A stretch of 64,000 nucleotides of DNA from Christensenella sp. (GCA_022784465.1 JALFUR010000008.1:3349-67348), one strand, 5' to 3'. Positions 40,784 to 52,900 are shown, counted from the stretch's first letter. The notes: generated by a model from the sequence alone, not told the origin. Numbers and translations: made by a program.

Positions 40784-42382
40784 TTAGTTTAAGGTATTTA
40801 TTTTGCTAACTAAGTTTAGTGCGGTATTTATCCCATCTACCGCAGCAGACATAATTCCGCCCGCATATCCTGCGCCCTCTCCGCAAGGAAATAGTCCTTT
40901 TATAGTAGAAAATCCGTCTTGATCCCTCATGATTCTTACAGGACTTGAAGATCTTGTTTCAACTCCCGTAAATATTGCATCTTCACATCCAAAGCCTTTA
41001 ATCTTCTTGTCAAAAACATCCATTGCTTTAACTATGCTTTCTACAACATAACTTGGTAGACATGATCTTAAATCCGCCTTAACAACACCTATAGGGTAAG
41101 AAGGCAAAACGCTGCCGAAATCTGTAGATATTTTATTCTTTTTCAAATCCCCATATCTTTGACATGGTGCTTTATAACTATTAGATATACTGTATGCAAG
41201 TCTTTCGTATTTTCTTTGAAACTCTACACCTGCAAGAACATCATCTTGCTTAAAATCACTTGGCGTAACACCTACAAGCAAAGCGCTATTTGCATTTTGC
41301 CCATCTCTTTTTGAATAACTCATTCCGTTTGTTACAACCATATTCTCTTCGCTAGAGGCAGCAACAACATATCCACCTGGACACATACAAAATGTATAAA
41401 CACTTCTATCATTATCTAAATGGCAACTTAATTTATAAGGTGCTGGTGGAAGCAATTTATACGATTCACCATATTGAGCATATGAAATTTCTTTTTGATT
41501 ATGCTCTACTCTTACTCCAATAGAAAAAGGCTTTGGCTCCATTAATACTTTTTTAGACAACATTAAAAATGTATCTCTTGCACTATGACCTATTGCTATA
41601 ATACAAGCATTTGTTAAAATTGAATCTTGTTTGCCATCGTGCTCAATTATTACTTCTTCAAGTTTTCCCACATTGTGTTTTATGTCAACAAGCTTATGAG
41701 AAAAATGTATTTCTCCGCCTAGAGCAATGATTTCTTTTCTTATATTTTTAACAACATCAACAAGAATATCTGTTCCTATATGAGGCTTTGCTTCGTACTT
41801 AATATTTTCATTAGCTCCATGTTTGACAAACTCATTTAAGACCACGTTTATCATGTCAGAATTAATACCTGTATTCAATTTTCCATCAGAAAATGTTCCT
41901 GCGCCACCTTCTCCAAATTGAATATTTGATTCTGTATCAAGTATTTGTTGTTCATTAAACCTTCGAACACTTTCCATTCTTTCTTCTACGCATTTTCCTC
42001 GCTCAAACACTATTGGATTTAAACCAAATTTTGCAAGTGTTAAAGCAGCAAATAATCCAGCTGGTCCACTTCCTATAACAACTGGTCTATATTTAGATTT
42101 AGCCTTTGTGCCATTTACAAGAGCCTCTATTGTGTTTTCCTTAGGATAGTACTCTTCATATTTTCCGCAATTTATTAGTCCTTTTTCTTCATTTGACACA
42201 TCTACAACAAATGTTGAAACAATCTTTATATCCAATTTATTTCTTGAATCAATTGATTCTTTTATTTTCTCATATGACAAAATAGAAGAAGGCTTAATAC
42301 GTAGAGTTTTTGACAAGGCTCTCTTTATATCTAAATCAGTATTAATTATGGGCAATTTTATATTAGATATTTTTATTCTCAT
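40784..42382 (-). CDS. Uncharacterised NAD(P)/FAD-dependent oxidoreductase
   Basis: GSGPAG, QFGEGGAGTFSDGKL, FCMCPGG, ETRSSSP, GEGAGYAGGI. Confidence 0.88.
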   Translation of the reverse strand: MRIKISNIKLPIINTDLDIKRALSKTLRIKPSSILSYEKIKESIDSRNKLDIKIVSTFVVDVSNEEKGLINCGKYEEYYPKENTIEALVNGTKAKSKYRPVVIGSGPAGLFAALTLAKFGLNPIVFERGKCVEERMESVRRFNEQQILDTESNIQFGEGGAGTFSDGKLNTGINSDMINVVLNEFVKHGANENIKYEAKPHIGTDILVDVVKNIRKEIIALGGEIHFSHKLVDIKHNVGKLEEVIIEHDGKQDSILTNACIIAIGHSARDTFLMLSKKVLMEPKPFSIGVRVEHNQKEISYAQYGESYKLLPPAPYKLSCHLDNDRSVYTFCMCPGGYVVAASSEENMVVTNGMSYSKRDGQNANSALLVGVTPSDFKQDDVLAGVEFQRKYERLAYSISNSYKAPCQRYGDLKKNKISTDFGSVLPSYPIGVVKADLRSCLPSYVVESIVKAMDVFDKKIKGFGCEDAIFTGVETRSSSPVRIMRDQDGFSTIKGLFPCGEGAGYAGGIMSAAVDGINTALNLVSKINTLN

Positions 42383-43502
42383 ATTTTTCTTTTATTCCTT
42401 GAGCACATGCTAGGCCCATTGCTAAAGCTGCAGATAGATTGTACCCACCGCATTCTCCATCTACATCTAATACCTCACCTATAGCATATAATCCCTTTTG
42501 TTTGTTTGATTCAAAACTAATTGAATTAAACTCGTCAGTATTTAATCCTCCGGCTGTTACTTGCGCTTGATTTATTCCCTGTAAGCCTTTTACTTCAACT
42601 CTATAGTTTTTCAAATCATGAGCTAAATCTTTAGAGCTTTTAAATAAAGATAATATAGATTTATGAACAATTCCTAAATCCCCATGTTCGTTAATAAACC
42701 CTCTTAATGTTTCTTCTTCCATGCCTGGCACGAAATCAATTGTAATGTATGAATTTATATATTCGCCCTTAACTATAGAACGCGAAATAAATGTAGATAA
42801 CTGAAAAGATATAATCCCACTAATACAATTATCTTTAAACAACATTTCCCCATTATTTGTATATACCTTCTTATTATTTATATACAAATCAGCCTTCACC
42901 TTGCTTCTAACGCCACTACAGCCTTTTATTTCGCTTGTTTTTATTGGAACAAGTGTTTGAACGAGATTTTTACATTTGTGCCCATAAGGCTCAAATAAAG
43001 CGTGAGAGTTTATACCAAATGTAGCATTGCTACCTGTTGCCAAAACAATATTGTCAGCAAGAAAATCACCTAACGTAGTTTGAACCTTAAATGGATTTTT
43101 TTCGATGATGCTTTTCACTTTGCATGAAGTAATTATCTCAACACCTTCTTTTTTTAAATTGTTTAATAAAACGTTTAAAACCGTGTTTGCAGATTCAGAA
43201 TATGGGTATTCTCTACCTTCTGAATCTATTCTTAAAAGTAAACCTAATTCATTTAGATATTGTTCAAGTTTATCTATTGAGTAAGCGCTTAAAGTATTTT
43301 TTAAAAAATCGCTATTATATTTATCTATACTTAAATTTTTGTTTAAAATATTACATTTTCCATTTCCGCTTACTAATATTTTTTTTCCAATTCTATCATT
43401 AGCTTCTACAAGCAAGACATCTATACCTGCTTTTTTTAGTTCTAAAGCACATATAATACCGCCTAATCCCGCTCCAATAACAATTACTTCATATTTTTTC
43501 AT
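42363..43502 (-). CDS. HI0933/BaiN-like flavoprotein
   Basis: GAGLGG, GKKILVSGNGKCN, GREYP, AQVTAGG, GEVLDVDGECGGYNL. Confidence 0.9.
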   Translation of the reverse strand: MKKYEVIVIGAGLGGIICALELKKAGIDVLLVEANDRIGKKILVSGNGKCNILNKNLSIDKYNSDFLKNTLSAYSIDKLEQYLNELGLLLRIDSEGREYPYSESANTVLNVLLNNLKKEGVEIITSCKVKSIIEKNPFKVQTTLGDFLADNIVLATGSNATFGINSHALFEPYGHKCKNLVQTLVPIKTSEIKGCSGVRSKVKADLYINNKKVYTNNGEMLFKDNCISGIISFQLSTFISRSIVKGEYINSYITIDFVPGMEEETLRGFINEHGDLGIVHKSILSLFKSSKDLAHDLKNYRVEVKGLQGINQAQVTAGGLNTDEFNSISFESNKQKGLYAIGEVLDVDGECGGYNLSAALAMGLACAQGIKEKYENKNI

Positions 43503-43560
43503 GATTCAAGTATACCATTATGTTTAATATTTTTAAATCGTTTATATTGACTCTTTTTTT

Positions 43561-43594
43561 AACTAAAATAGGCACTAAGACTAATCTTAATGCC
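43561..43594 (-). terminator. Intrinsic terminator closing the giant-protein operon
   Basis: Minus strand GGCATTAAGA-TTAG-TCTTAGTGCC followed by TATTTT. Confidence 0.65.
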
Positions 43595-43618
43595 CATTTT
43601 GATTATTTTTATTTTAAA

Positions 43619-44152
43619 CTATGCAACTGTAACAATAATTGTTGTATCGTATGTAGTTACATCATCAACTAAGGTGTAATTAATTTCTAAATACTTAAAT
43701 GTTTTTGCTGTTGAATCGATAGCCATAATAATTTGAGCATTTTCAATTTGCGATTCAATTCCAAATAAAGCATTTACATCTTTAATTCCTGCCCTTAATT
43801 CTGCTTGAGATTGCAATGTGTTTTCTGTAATGACAATATCACTTAAATTGTCTTCAGAATATTGCATATTTGTTACCTCAGTAGCAAAACTACCATCAAA
43901 TTTAAATCCCTCATATTTAGTTGTTTCTTTTCCGTTTGAATATGTATATATAACTTCTCCATCATTAGAAACATTTATTGAAACATTTGTTGATGTTGCT
44001 GCTGATGTTGCATTAAAGAAGTCTTTAGCTGTAAATCCTAAAGGAATTTTTCCTTCTCCTTGATCTTCTTCTTTATCTTTACATCCAACCAAAGTTCCTA
44101 CAAGAGCAACCATTAATACTATCAATAAAATTAAAATTGTATTCTTTTTCAT
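43619..44152 (-). CDS. Lipoprotein of unknown function
   Basis: MKK + hydrophobic stretch + lipobox LVGC; beta-rich mature part; GGAGG SD. Confidence 0.85.
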   Translation of the reverse strand: MKKNTILILLIVLMVALVGTLVGCKDKEEDQGEGKIPLGFTAKDFFNATSAATSTNVSINVSNDGEVIYTYSNGKETTKYEGFKFDGSFATEVTNMQYSEDNLSDIVITENTLQSQAELRAGIKDVNALFGIESQIENAQIIMAIDSTAKTFKYLEINYTLVDDVTTYDTTIIVTVA

Positions 44153-44163
44153 TTTTCTTCCTC

Positions 44164-47100
44164 CTATAGGTTTTCCTTCTTTTTCTTTAATGCTATTAAG
44201 CCTACAACTAATAATCCAGCTAAAGAAGCTGATGCTGCTGTTGTTGCAAGAGTATAAGGTCTATTTGTAACCTTTCCTGCAATTGTTTTTGCTGCAACAA
44301 TAGCATTTGATGCACTCTTTAACAATTTCTCATAGTTTTTATCTGCTTTTGCTTTCTTTGTAGCATTAACTATAGCTTTATCTTCTTCAGATACTTTTTC
44401 GTAATTTTCTAACATTTCCTTGTATGTTTCAATATCTTTAAATGTTAATTTATTAGATAATACATCAAGTACTTTATTAATTTCATTAGGATCGTATGTT
44501 AATGTAAACGCAATTCTAATTACTTCTGATTCTAAGTGTGTCTCTGATTCTAATAACTTAATATAGATTTCTTTTCTCAATGAAGAATTGCTTGTAATTG
44601 TAAAATCAAGTTTGTCTGAATCTATAAATGTTACTCCATCTGAACTTACTTGAATAGTTTCGCCTGCTGCTTTACCAGCAACTCTTACATTATTGTAGTT
44701 AATAACTAAATCTTTTACGGTTAGATAGTCGCTTGCAATGTGAGCTTTTGTAATTGTAAATGTCAAATCAACGCTTCCAGCTGAGTAGTTTCCTTCTCCT
44801 CCAGTAACAGTGACTGTATATTCACCAATTTCAATTATCTCTGAAACTTCCTCTCCTAAAGAATTCTTAACTACAAATGTGCATCCTGTTCCTGTTGTAT
44901 TTAATGCAATCTCATCAATTAAATTTCCGCCTGTATATTCTGCAGAAGATTTAACTAATGTCATTGTAGAAATATCTTTTTCTTCAATTGTTAAATCACC
45001 ATTTGCAACAACAGTTAAAATATATTGATCACTATCTTCACCTATTAACTTAGCTGTTACAACAGAACTATATAAACCACAATCTTGTCTCATTGTTTCA
45101 GGATCTAGAGTTTCAAAACTTAATTGAACATCATCCCCTTCAACAATTTCCAAAGAACCCTCTTCATAAGTGAATCCTGTTCCAGTTGGAGCTAATGTAG
45201 TATCACCAAAGCCCATTGTAAAGCTTGAAATATTAACTTTTAATTCTCTTTGAACAATTTCAAATTCTAGCGAAACTTCCTTTGTTGTTGTATATGTATA
45301 ATTTTGATCATCTACATTCATAACAATTACATAGTATTTTCCAACATTAATTGGCTTAATAGAATCATCATAATTGTATCTAACAACAGCAGTAGGTTCA
45401 TCTCCGTTCTTTGTGTTATCAAAGTAAACTTTTACTGACTTTTCTGTTCCATCATAAACTAGATTTTCATTTGCTTCAACTCTGTTTAAAGTTAATCTAA
45501 CTTTTGTCAAAGTAATAGCACCATTAACAGTAACAGTGTAGTTGTTCTTCTTTTCTCCTTCTAATGTAGCAGTAATTACATAAGTACCTACATTTGCTGT
45601 AGCAGCAAATCCATCTGATGCATAAACTGGGTATACATCATCAGGAATACCATCTTTAACATAAATTTGATTTCCTGTTGGTCTAGCTGTAATTACAGAA
45701 GTATCAAACTCTGCGCCATATTCTTTTGTGAATGAACCAATATTATAAGTCAAAGCTTTTGGCTCTACAGTAAATTTAGCAGAAGAATCTACAACAAAGT
45801 TATAGTTGTCAGCGCTTGTACCAGTACAATTAGAGAATATTTCATATTCACCTACATTAGCATCTTCTGCAGCTCCAAGTGATGTAAATTGAATATATAC
45901 ATCATCTCCTTCTATCAAGCTATCTGTACTTAACAATGTATATCCAATAGTACCATCAAAAACTTCACCATAAACTTTAGAAGTAGGATTTGCTTGAACT
46001 TGTACATTTAACTTATTAATTGTAAATAAGTAATATGGCTTATATGTATCAATAACATTAACACAAGAAGAATCCATAATAATCTCATAGTTGTCCAAGT
46101 TTATGTTATTGTCTGCAACAACTATATAATTTCCTGCGTTTTGTGGTTTTTCAACAGGTCTATAGATTTTTGAATTAAATTCAAGTTTATCTTCTTCAGT
46201 ATAAGTATCATCTTCAACATAGTACTTATACTTAATACCCATATCTCTTAAGTTTACATCAGCAATCTTTAATCCTGTTACTGTAGCAAATGTTGAATAT
46301 TCTTTTGTTAAATCAGTAGCTGAATAATCTACAGAATCAATTAAAGCACTTGTATCCATAGAGATAGTAACTTGTAGACCAGTAACCTCATATAACATAT
46401 ATTCTGTAATAGCATTGTAGTTAATATATGCATCAGTATTAAATTCAATTTTTACTACATAAATACCTTTTTTAACAACGCTTGTAGAACTTGTTGAAGT
46501 ATCTGCCACATATTTTCCATCTACGAGTGTAGCTGGATAATATATAAATGAACCGAAGATTTCTTCATATACGCCTCTGTCTAAGTTTGTGCATACACCC
46601 ATCATGATACAAGGAACACCATTATATCCCTTATATGTTTCTGATTCAAAGTATACTTCCTTATCTACGCCGTCGATAGTAATAGTCTTCTTTGGATATA
46701 GAGATGGATCTGCACTATAAATCACATCATATTTTTCATATTTAACGCCCTTTGAGTTTAGATATGATCCGTTAGAATATTCTCTACACATCTTAACGTT
46801 TGCATAGCCGATATCTATATATCTAGTAATCTTACTTACTTGTCCATATTCATCATTTTGGATAGAAATTACAGCATTCTCTCCTTCTAATACCTCACCT
46901 TCTGTACTTGAGATTCCAGATACATTTGGTAATAAGTAATTTCCAGCAACAGAACCATCTGCAAGTGCAATGCTTACTGAATATCTTCCTACTGAAATAT
47001 AATCATTACCAGCTGTATATACGAAGTTTATGGCAGTTGCATCATATACGTTTGAAATAACAATATTAGCATTTGATGCTGTTAATTCATCACCATAGCC

Positions 47101-49950
47101 CTCTGTTCTATTTAGCACTTCACCTGTTGAGTTTATTACAACATATGTTGCCTTGTTTTCATATGCTGTATATTCTAATGCGTTTAGATTTGAGAAATTA
47201 ATATTGATTACTCTTGGAGCAACAGTAATAGAATATTCTTTTACTAACGAGTTATCTAATGTATAGTTTGTATTACTAAAGTCAGATATTACTATCTTGT
47301 ATTCTCCAGCATCCAAAATATTAGAAATTTCTACGAAATTCTTCGTATAGTAATACTCAAGTGTTGGATCTTCTGTCCAATCATCGCCTCTTGTTCCTAC
47401 TAAAGAATATGTGCCATCAGCATTTTGCGCATAATATGTTGTTCCGTTTAACAATCTATTAGAAGCAACTTTTACATATTTAACTTTATAATAAGTCATT
47501 ACCGAAGAACCAATATCTGATCCTAACAATCCACTAACATATTTATAGTTGAAATTAGCATTTTTTCCAAAATATGTAAAATCTACAGGAGATGTATAAG
47601 ATGTGCCATCTACGCTGTTTGTTATTGTCTCCCAAGCTGCATTAATTGGTGCTTTATTGATTGTATAAGTATAATATGGCATCCATTTTAATGCTTCTGC
47701 ATCGTAATATTCATTGTCCACTCTATACGCAACTAATCTTGTACTTTCTGACATGAAATCATATTTTTCTTCATATCCAGATGTTGCTCTATTGTATACA
47801 GATAGTTCATATGTTCCAGCATCTTTTATAATATTAAATCCATATTCTGTGAATGAACCTTGTTTATATACCGTCCAAATGTTGCTATCTACATAAGAAG
47901 TTCTAGACGCACCTACAGAAATTGTAGAATCAGAACCTGGATAATTAAACTTGGTCTCAACTCCATTTTTTAATGTATACAAATATACTGTTGGAGTAGA
48001 AATGCCCGTATTTGTATCATATGTTTTGTTACCTAAATCATAGGTTTTTCCGCCACCTTCTAATTTGTATTTAACTGCATATCCATATGAACCATCAAGT
48101 TGAACATTTAAACCTGTTGTTCCTCTTGGAATGACATCTGTAACAGATACTTTTGCATAATTTGTTATAGCATCAGACATATTTGATGCCATTTCATAAT
48201 AATTTCTATTTACTTCGGAAATCGAACCAGACTCATCATATAAGTGAATATTCCAAGTAAACATTCCAGCATCATCTACATAATAATCTGACTTTGTTAC
48301 ATCAAAATCAATCTTTATATTTGCTGCAGTATCATAACCATTAAATGCTAAAGTAAATACTCCAACTTGTGCATTATCAAAAGTTAAAGTAGATGAATTA
48401 AATACTCCGGCTGTTGGAACAACATTTCCATCATCATCCACAATTCCCATCTTTAGATAGTTTGGAGATGGTGTTGTATCGCTAATTCCAACAGGAGAAA
48501 CTCTAGTTGCATCACTTTTCGCACTTGTTGAACCACCCTGAGCTGCAAAGATAGCATCACGCATAATAGGTGTTGTAGTTTGCAATGTAGCCAAATCAAA
48601 AGTGTAATAAATATTTTTAATTGTATCTCCACTTGATGCTCCGGCAATACAGCCTCCAATAAAATGATTTTCTGCTTTAGCGCCACTACCATCATCTGTA
48701 GTTAACGCAAATGGTAGTTGAACTTTATTAAATTTCCCAACATAATATGCAGCAACACCCGTCCAACTACATATAACGCCATCTATAGTACCATTAGCAC
48801 ATGAGGATACTTTTGTATTAGATTCATTTGTATGTCCTGGTGTATAAGCAGGAGCAGAACAACTTAAATTACTTCCACATATAATGCCTGAAAATCCTAC
48901 TCTGTTTTTTCCAGATTCAATAGTTGGTTCTCTTTCCCATGCATATACAATTCCTTGACCTGCTGCAGTAGCATTTGTTATTTTTGATGCATTTGTAAGA
49001 CACCCAATCATTCCGCCAACGAAGGTTCTTGGGTATCCTCTTTGAATCGCCGCAGAAGATTTTCTACCTTGAGTTACAGCAGATAAATAGTTCCCTTTTG
49101 TTATTTCAATATAACTATTTTTAATATTAGATTGATGAATAACTCCAGCATATCCACCTAAACATGTGGTTGCAAAACCTTCTACATCATTCTCCTCTGT
49201 TTGCGAATAATGATATACTCGTCCGTTCACAACAAGCGACGTATTATTAAAATCTGAATAAACGATATATCCTGAAATTATTCCTATTGACCAGCCTCTA
49301 GGAGACTTGCCATTCCAATAGAAGGAGCCATTATATTGAATTTTAATATTTTCCCATTTGCAATTGACCATTGTTCCAGCAAAATATCCCATTTGTCTTG
49401 GCATTTTATTGCTGAAATTTTGAGTCGTCCAACCAAAAGGAGAGCCTGATTCGTTTTCCTTATCATTGCTACCAAAGTTAAAATATGCATTTAAATCATT
49501 TTCGCCATATGCAAATGTTCCATTTGTTCCACCCAAATTATAATGACCAACAAAAGCATCATTTGGAACGCCCGTTTTATCTGTAAGTTCTATTTCAAAT
49601 CCACATCCATCTAGATTATGATATTTAACAATTGAGCCATTCATGGTTCTAGATGTTGAAAAACTTTTTGTTAAATATCCATATACTTGAGAAGATTCTG
49701 TTCCTGATGTTGATAAAAACGTATTTAATGACGCCTCGTCTGAAATTGGTATTGAACCAGATATAGAGGCATAAGGTGATACATATCCATCTTCAACAAC
49801 GCCATTTGCTCTTATAAGTGTATCTGCAGATACTTCTGTCTTTTGGCTGTTTTCAAAAACGCCTGCAAGTACACATATCATTGAGGCAATAACAACAACT
49901 GCCACAATGCTTAATATTATTGATTTAATTTTATTTTTTGTATTAGTCAT
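44164..49950 (-). CDS. 1928 aa membrane-anchored surface protein (GLUG/beta-helix-like head, MBG/Ig stalk)
   Basis: N-terminal signal; GGYAG/VGGMIG repeats; KxYG...GD...VGxYxI...NY...T(I/V) MBG-like repeats; C-terminal TM + KKKK; GGAGG SD. Confidence 0.8.
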   Translation of the reverse strand: MTNTKNKIKSIILSIVAVVVIASMICVLAGVFENSQKTEVSADTLIRANGVVEDGYVSPYASISGSIPISDEASLNTFLSTSGTESSQVYGYLTKSFSTSRTMNGSIVKYHNLDGCGFEIELTDKTGVPNDAFVGHYNLGGTNGTFAYGENDLNAYFNFGSNDKENESGSPFGWTTQNFSNKMPRQMGYFAGTMVNCKWENIKIQYNGSFYWNGKSPRGWSIGIISGYIVYSDFNNTSLVVNGRVYHYSQTEENDVEGFATTCLGGYAGVIHQSNIKNSYIEITKGNYLSAVTQGRKSSAAIQRGYPRTFVGGMIGCLTNASKITNATAAGQGIVYAWEREPTIESGKNRVGFSGIICGSNLSCSAPAYTPGHTNESNTKVSSCANGTIDGVICSWTGVAAYYVGKFNKVQLPFALTTDDGSGAKAENHFIGGCIAGASSGDTIKNIYYTFDLATLQTTTPIMRDAIFAAQGGSTSAKSDATRVSPVGISDTTPSPNYLKMGIVDDDGNVVPTAGVFNSSTLTFDNAQVGVFTLAFNGYDTAANIKIDFDVTKSDYYVDDAGMFTWNIHLYDESGSISEVNRNYYEMASNMSDAITNYAKVSVTDVIPRGTTGLNVQLDGSYGYAVKYKLEGGGKTYDLGNKTYDTNTGISTPTVYLYTLKNGVETKFNYPGSDSTISVGASRTSYVDSNIWTVYKQGSFTEYGFNIIKDAGTYELSVYNRATSGYEEKYDFMSESTRLVAYRVDNEYYDAEALKWMPYYTYTINKAPINAAWETITNSVDGTSYTSPVDFTYFGKNANFNYKYVSGLLGSDIGSSVMTYYKVKYVKVASNRLLNGTTYYAQNADGTYSLVGTRGDDWTEDPTLEYYYTKNFVEISNILDAGEYKIVISDFSNTNYTLDNSLVKEYSITVAPRVININFSNLNALEYTAYENKATYVVINSTGEVLNRTEGYGDELTASNANIVISNVYDATAINFVYTAGNDYISVGRYSVSIALADGSVAGNYLLPNVSGISSTEGEVLEGENAVISIQNDEYGQVSKITRYIDIGYANVKMCREYSNGSYLNSKGVKYEKYDVIYSADPSLYPKKTITIDGVDKEVYFESETYKGYNGVPCIMMGVCTNLDRGVYEEIFGSFIYYPATLVDGKYVADTSTSSTSVVKKGIYVVKIEFNTDAYINYNAITEYMLYEVTGLQVTISMDTSALIDSVDYSATDLTKEYSTFATVTGLKIADVNLRDMGIKYKYYVEDDTYTEEDKLEFNSKIYRPVEKPQNAGNYIVVADNNINLDNYEIIMDSSCVNVIDTYKPYYLFTINKLNVQVQANPTSKVYGEVFDGTIGYTLLSTDSLIEGDDVYIQFTSLGAAEDANVGEYEIFSNCTGTSADNYNFVVDSSAKFTVEPKALTYNIGSFTKEYGAEFDTSVITARPTGNQIYVKDGIPDDVYPVYASDGFAATANVGTYVITATLEGEKKNNYTVTVNGAITLTKVRLTLNRVEANENLVYDGTEKSVKVYFDNTKNGDEPTAVVRYNYDDSIKPINVGKYYVIVMNVDDQNYTYTTTKEVSLEFEIVQRELKVNISSFTMGFGDTTLAPTGTGFTYEEGSLEIVEGDDVQLSFETLDPETMRQDCGLYSSVVTAKLIGEDSDQYILTVVANGDLTIEEKDISTMTLVKSSAEYTGGNLIDEIALNTTGTGCTFVVKNSLGEEVSEIIEIGEYTVTVTGGEGNYSAGSVDLTFTITKAHIASDYLTVKDLVINYNNVRVAGKAAGETIQVSSDGVTFIDSDKLDFTITSNSSLRKEIYIKLLESETHLESEVIRIAFTLTYDPNEINKVLDVLSNKLTFKDIETYKEMLENYEKVSEEDKAIVNATKKAKADKNYEKLLKSASNAIVAAKTIAGKVTNRPYTLATTAASASLAGLLVVGLIALKKKKENL

Positions 49951-49967
49951 TTTTATTTACCTCCTTT

Positions 49968-52900
49968 TTAGAATGTTGCCCTATCTTTGCTCGACGTTTT
50001 CTTAACTTGCCTTGTTTGCTGAACAGATTTAACTTTACTTTTTTTCTTTTTCTTCTTGTTACTTGCAGAAGCTGCAATTGCAACAATTATTATTACCACG
50101 ACAACACCAACTCCTATTCCTATATACAAGATGTTATCCATGATAATATCCATTATACTTGGCGTTTCTGTCGTGCCTTCTGTATCTCCAGGCTTAGTGA
50201 TTGCTCCTGTACCCTCTGTTACAACAAGAGTGTTATTGATTACTTGAGATGTTTCATAGTTGCCATCGTTAAATACGATTACTATTCTATATTCTCCTGC
50301 TGGCAAACATCCATTTTTATCTAATTCAATCTTCTTGCCTGTTGCTTTGTCATAATATTCAAATTGACACATATCTTTAGTTTCAAAAACATTTATAAAT
50401 GTTCCACCTAAAGCACTTATGTTAGTTGATGAAGTAATTTGATTAAAGTAAGCTTGAAGTGTATCTAATTGAACTTCAACTGCTTTCTTTGAAATCTTCC
50501 ATGAAGTCTTTATTGTCATGTCTGCATAATCATCACTTGTAAAAGTAATGTATCCTTCATATTCGCCTGCATCTACAGGAAGAGCATTGTCATCATAACT
50601 TACTGTTACTTTAGTTCCTTTATAATATACATATTGAATAACTTTTTGATCTTCATAGCCAGGAACATATTCAACTATCATCTTGCCTGTTGCAGGATCT
50701 GTATCAAAACCTGTAAACTCTGCTGGATGGAAATTACCATCGTATACAATAACTTCCTGTTGCATTACCGGTTTAATACCACCTGACATCGCTGTTTTAT
50801 CAATTATTAATTTTGCAGAATATATTGTTGTTGCATAATTTTCTAATGATAGAACTGCATCAATTGTATAAGTACCAACTTTATTAAACTTAAATGGTTC
50901 GAAAGCTGCATCAGAATAGTCTCTTTCTTCTGATTGATATCTATAAACAAGTCTTGCGCCCTTGTCTAAATATGCTTTTAACGCACTTCCTTCAGAATCA
51001 TCGATAAATAAATCATAATATGTTTCTTCACCTTCGAAATTAACCTTTTTATCATTAAATTCAATGCCTTCAAAAGAAGCTTGTGTAATTGTTAATGTAA
51101 CAACTTTTGATACGCTCTTGTAATTTAAATCACCCGTAAACACAACTCTAAATCTGTATGAGCCAGTATTGATTTGTGTTCCTGGATGCTCTAAATCGAT
51201 TGTTACATAAGTTCTTGTTTCATTATCCCAATATTGAAGAAGGAATACACCTGATTCCATTAATGGTATTTCAGCAACAGTAGAACCTGTCAAATCATAA
51301 TATATGCCATTTATGATAACTGTTGATTTGTATTCTTTTGATTCTACATGAATATTTCCTAATAATACGTCATAAATATGTTTTTCACCATCGTATTTGA
51401 TAGAAATATCATCAGCGCTGATTGTTGTTTCAGCTTGTGTAATATTCAAGTAAGTATCGCCATATTTTTTATCATAGAAATAACTATTTCCACCAAAAGA
51501 AATGTCTACTAAATATCTTCCAACGTCAGATACACTGCTTAAAGGATTTTCTAAATCTACAATATCATTTACAACCTTGTAATAAATAATATCAAAGTCT
51601 TCAAGTGTGTAAACATTATCTGCATATTTTCCTAATGTAACAATGTCATAAGGAATTACATTTTTATTAGCAAATTGTTTAGTTTGTTCTGTTAAATCTA
51701 ACTCTAAGAATACTTTTGTAATAGTAAAGCTAATTATAGAACCAGTATTATAAACAGCATAGTTAGAATCACTAATTGTTAGTTTTGCAAAATATTCACC
51801 AGTTTCAATTACGCCACCTGTTGTGCTTATGTCAATTGGTGTACCTGTGCAGCTGCTATCTTTATAGTAAGTTACAACGACATTTTGCTTAACGCCAAAT
51901 GCATCTAAATAATAACCTGTTAACACATGAGGTAATCCGTTAAATGAAATCTTTGTTGTATAATCTGCATTGCCATCAATTTGTGTTTTGACGCTTACAT
52001 CTTTCTTGACAATGTTTAATTCCATGCTTGTTAGATTTAGTATATAACTGCCTGTATCTATTGCAAACTCGCCTTGAACAGTATATTTGCCAACAGAAGG
52101 ATGAGCTGTAATCTCGCCTTTTTCGTTATATGTTTGTTTAGCATTTGTTATTAGATTTAATTCAACATCCTCATCTGCTACACCCTTAATTGTTATAGAA
52201 GTAGGGATAATTTCTCCATAGATATATTCTGATTTTAATTGATCTGAATAATCTGCCAAATTTACATTTAGTGTGGCCTTATTGATTTTCGTAGCACCTT
52301 CATAATATGAATCGCAATTCTCTAAAGATAAATAATCAACATAAATTGTTCCATCCGTAAAGAATACACGATATTTATTTAGAGAATCTCCTACGCTATC
52401 TACATATAATCTTAATGTTCTATCCCCAGCAGCCATTGAATCATAAATTGCTCTAACTGTTAAATTTGTTTCAATAATTTTTGGAGCTTCAAATGCATAT
52501 GTCTCAGAATATACTATTGAAGTCTTATCCATATCTAATCCATCTTCTTTGTATACTTTTACTGTTAGACCTAAATCAATTGTATCTTTAGCGTCATAAG
52601 TCTTTGTAAATAAATCTCTAAATACCAAAGAAGATAATGCCTGACCATTATAGAACAAATTATCTAATGTTATTCCAATATAAGCTATAACAATTTTTAC
52701 AGACCAGTTTTTGGCTTCTTCTACATCGTCTGCACCATTTAAAACATATCCATCACCATTTGCATAATATGTTTCATAAACGCCTTGTTCGCTTACCAAT
52801 CTCATTTTTAAGAATGAGTTATCTATATCGAAATCTAACACGAATTGATTTGGAATATTAGCTTTTAATTCGGCATCATATCTAATCCAAATTTCTTGGC

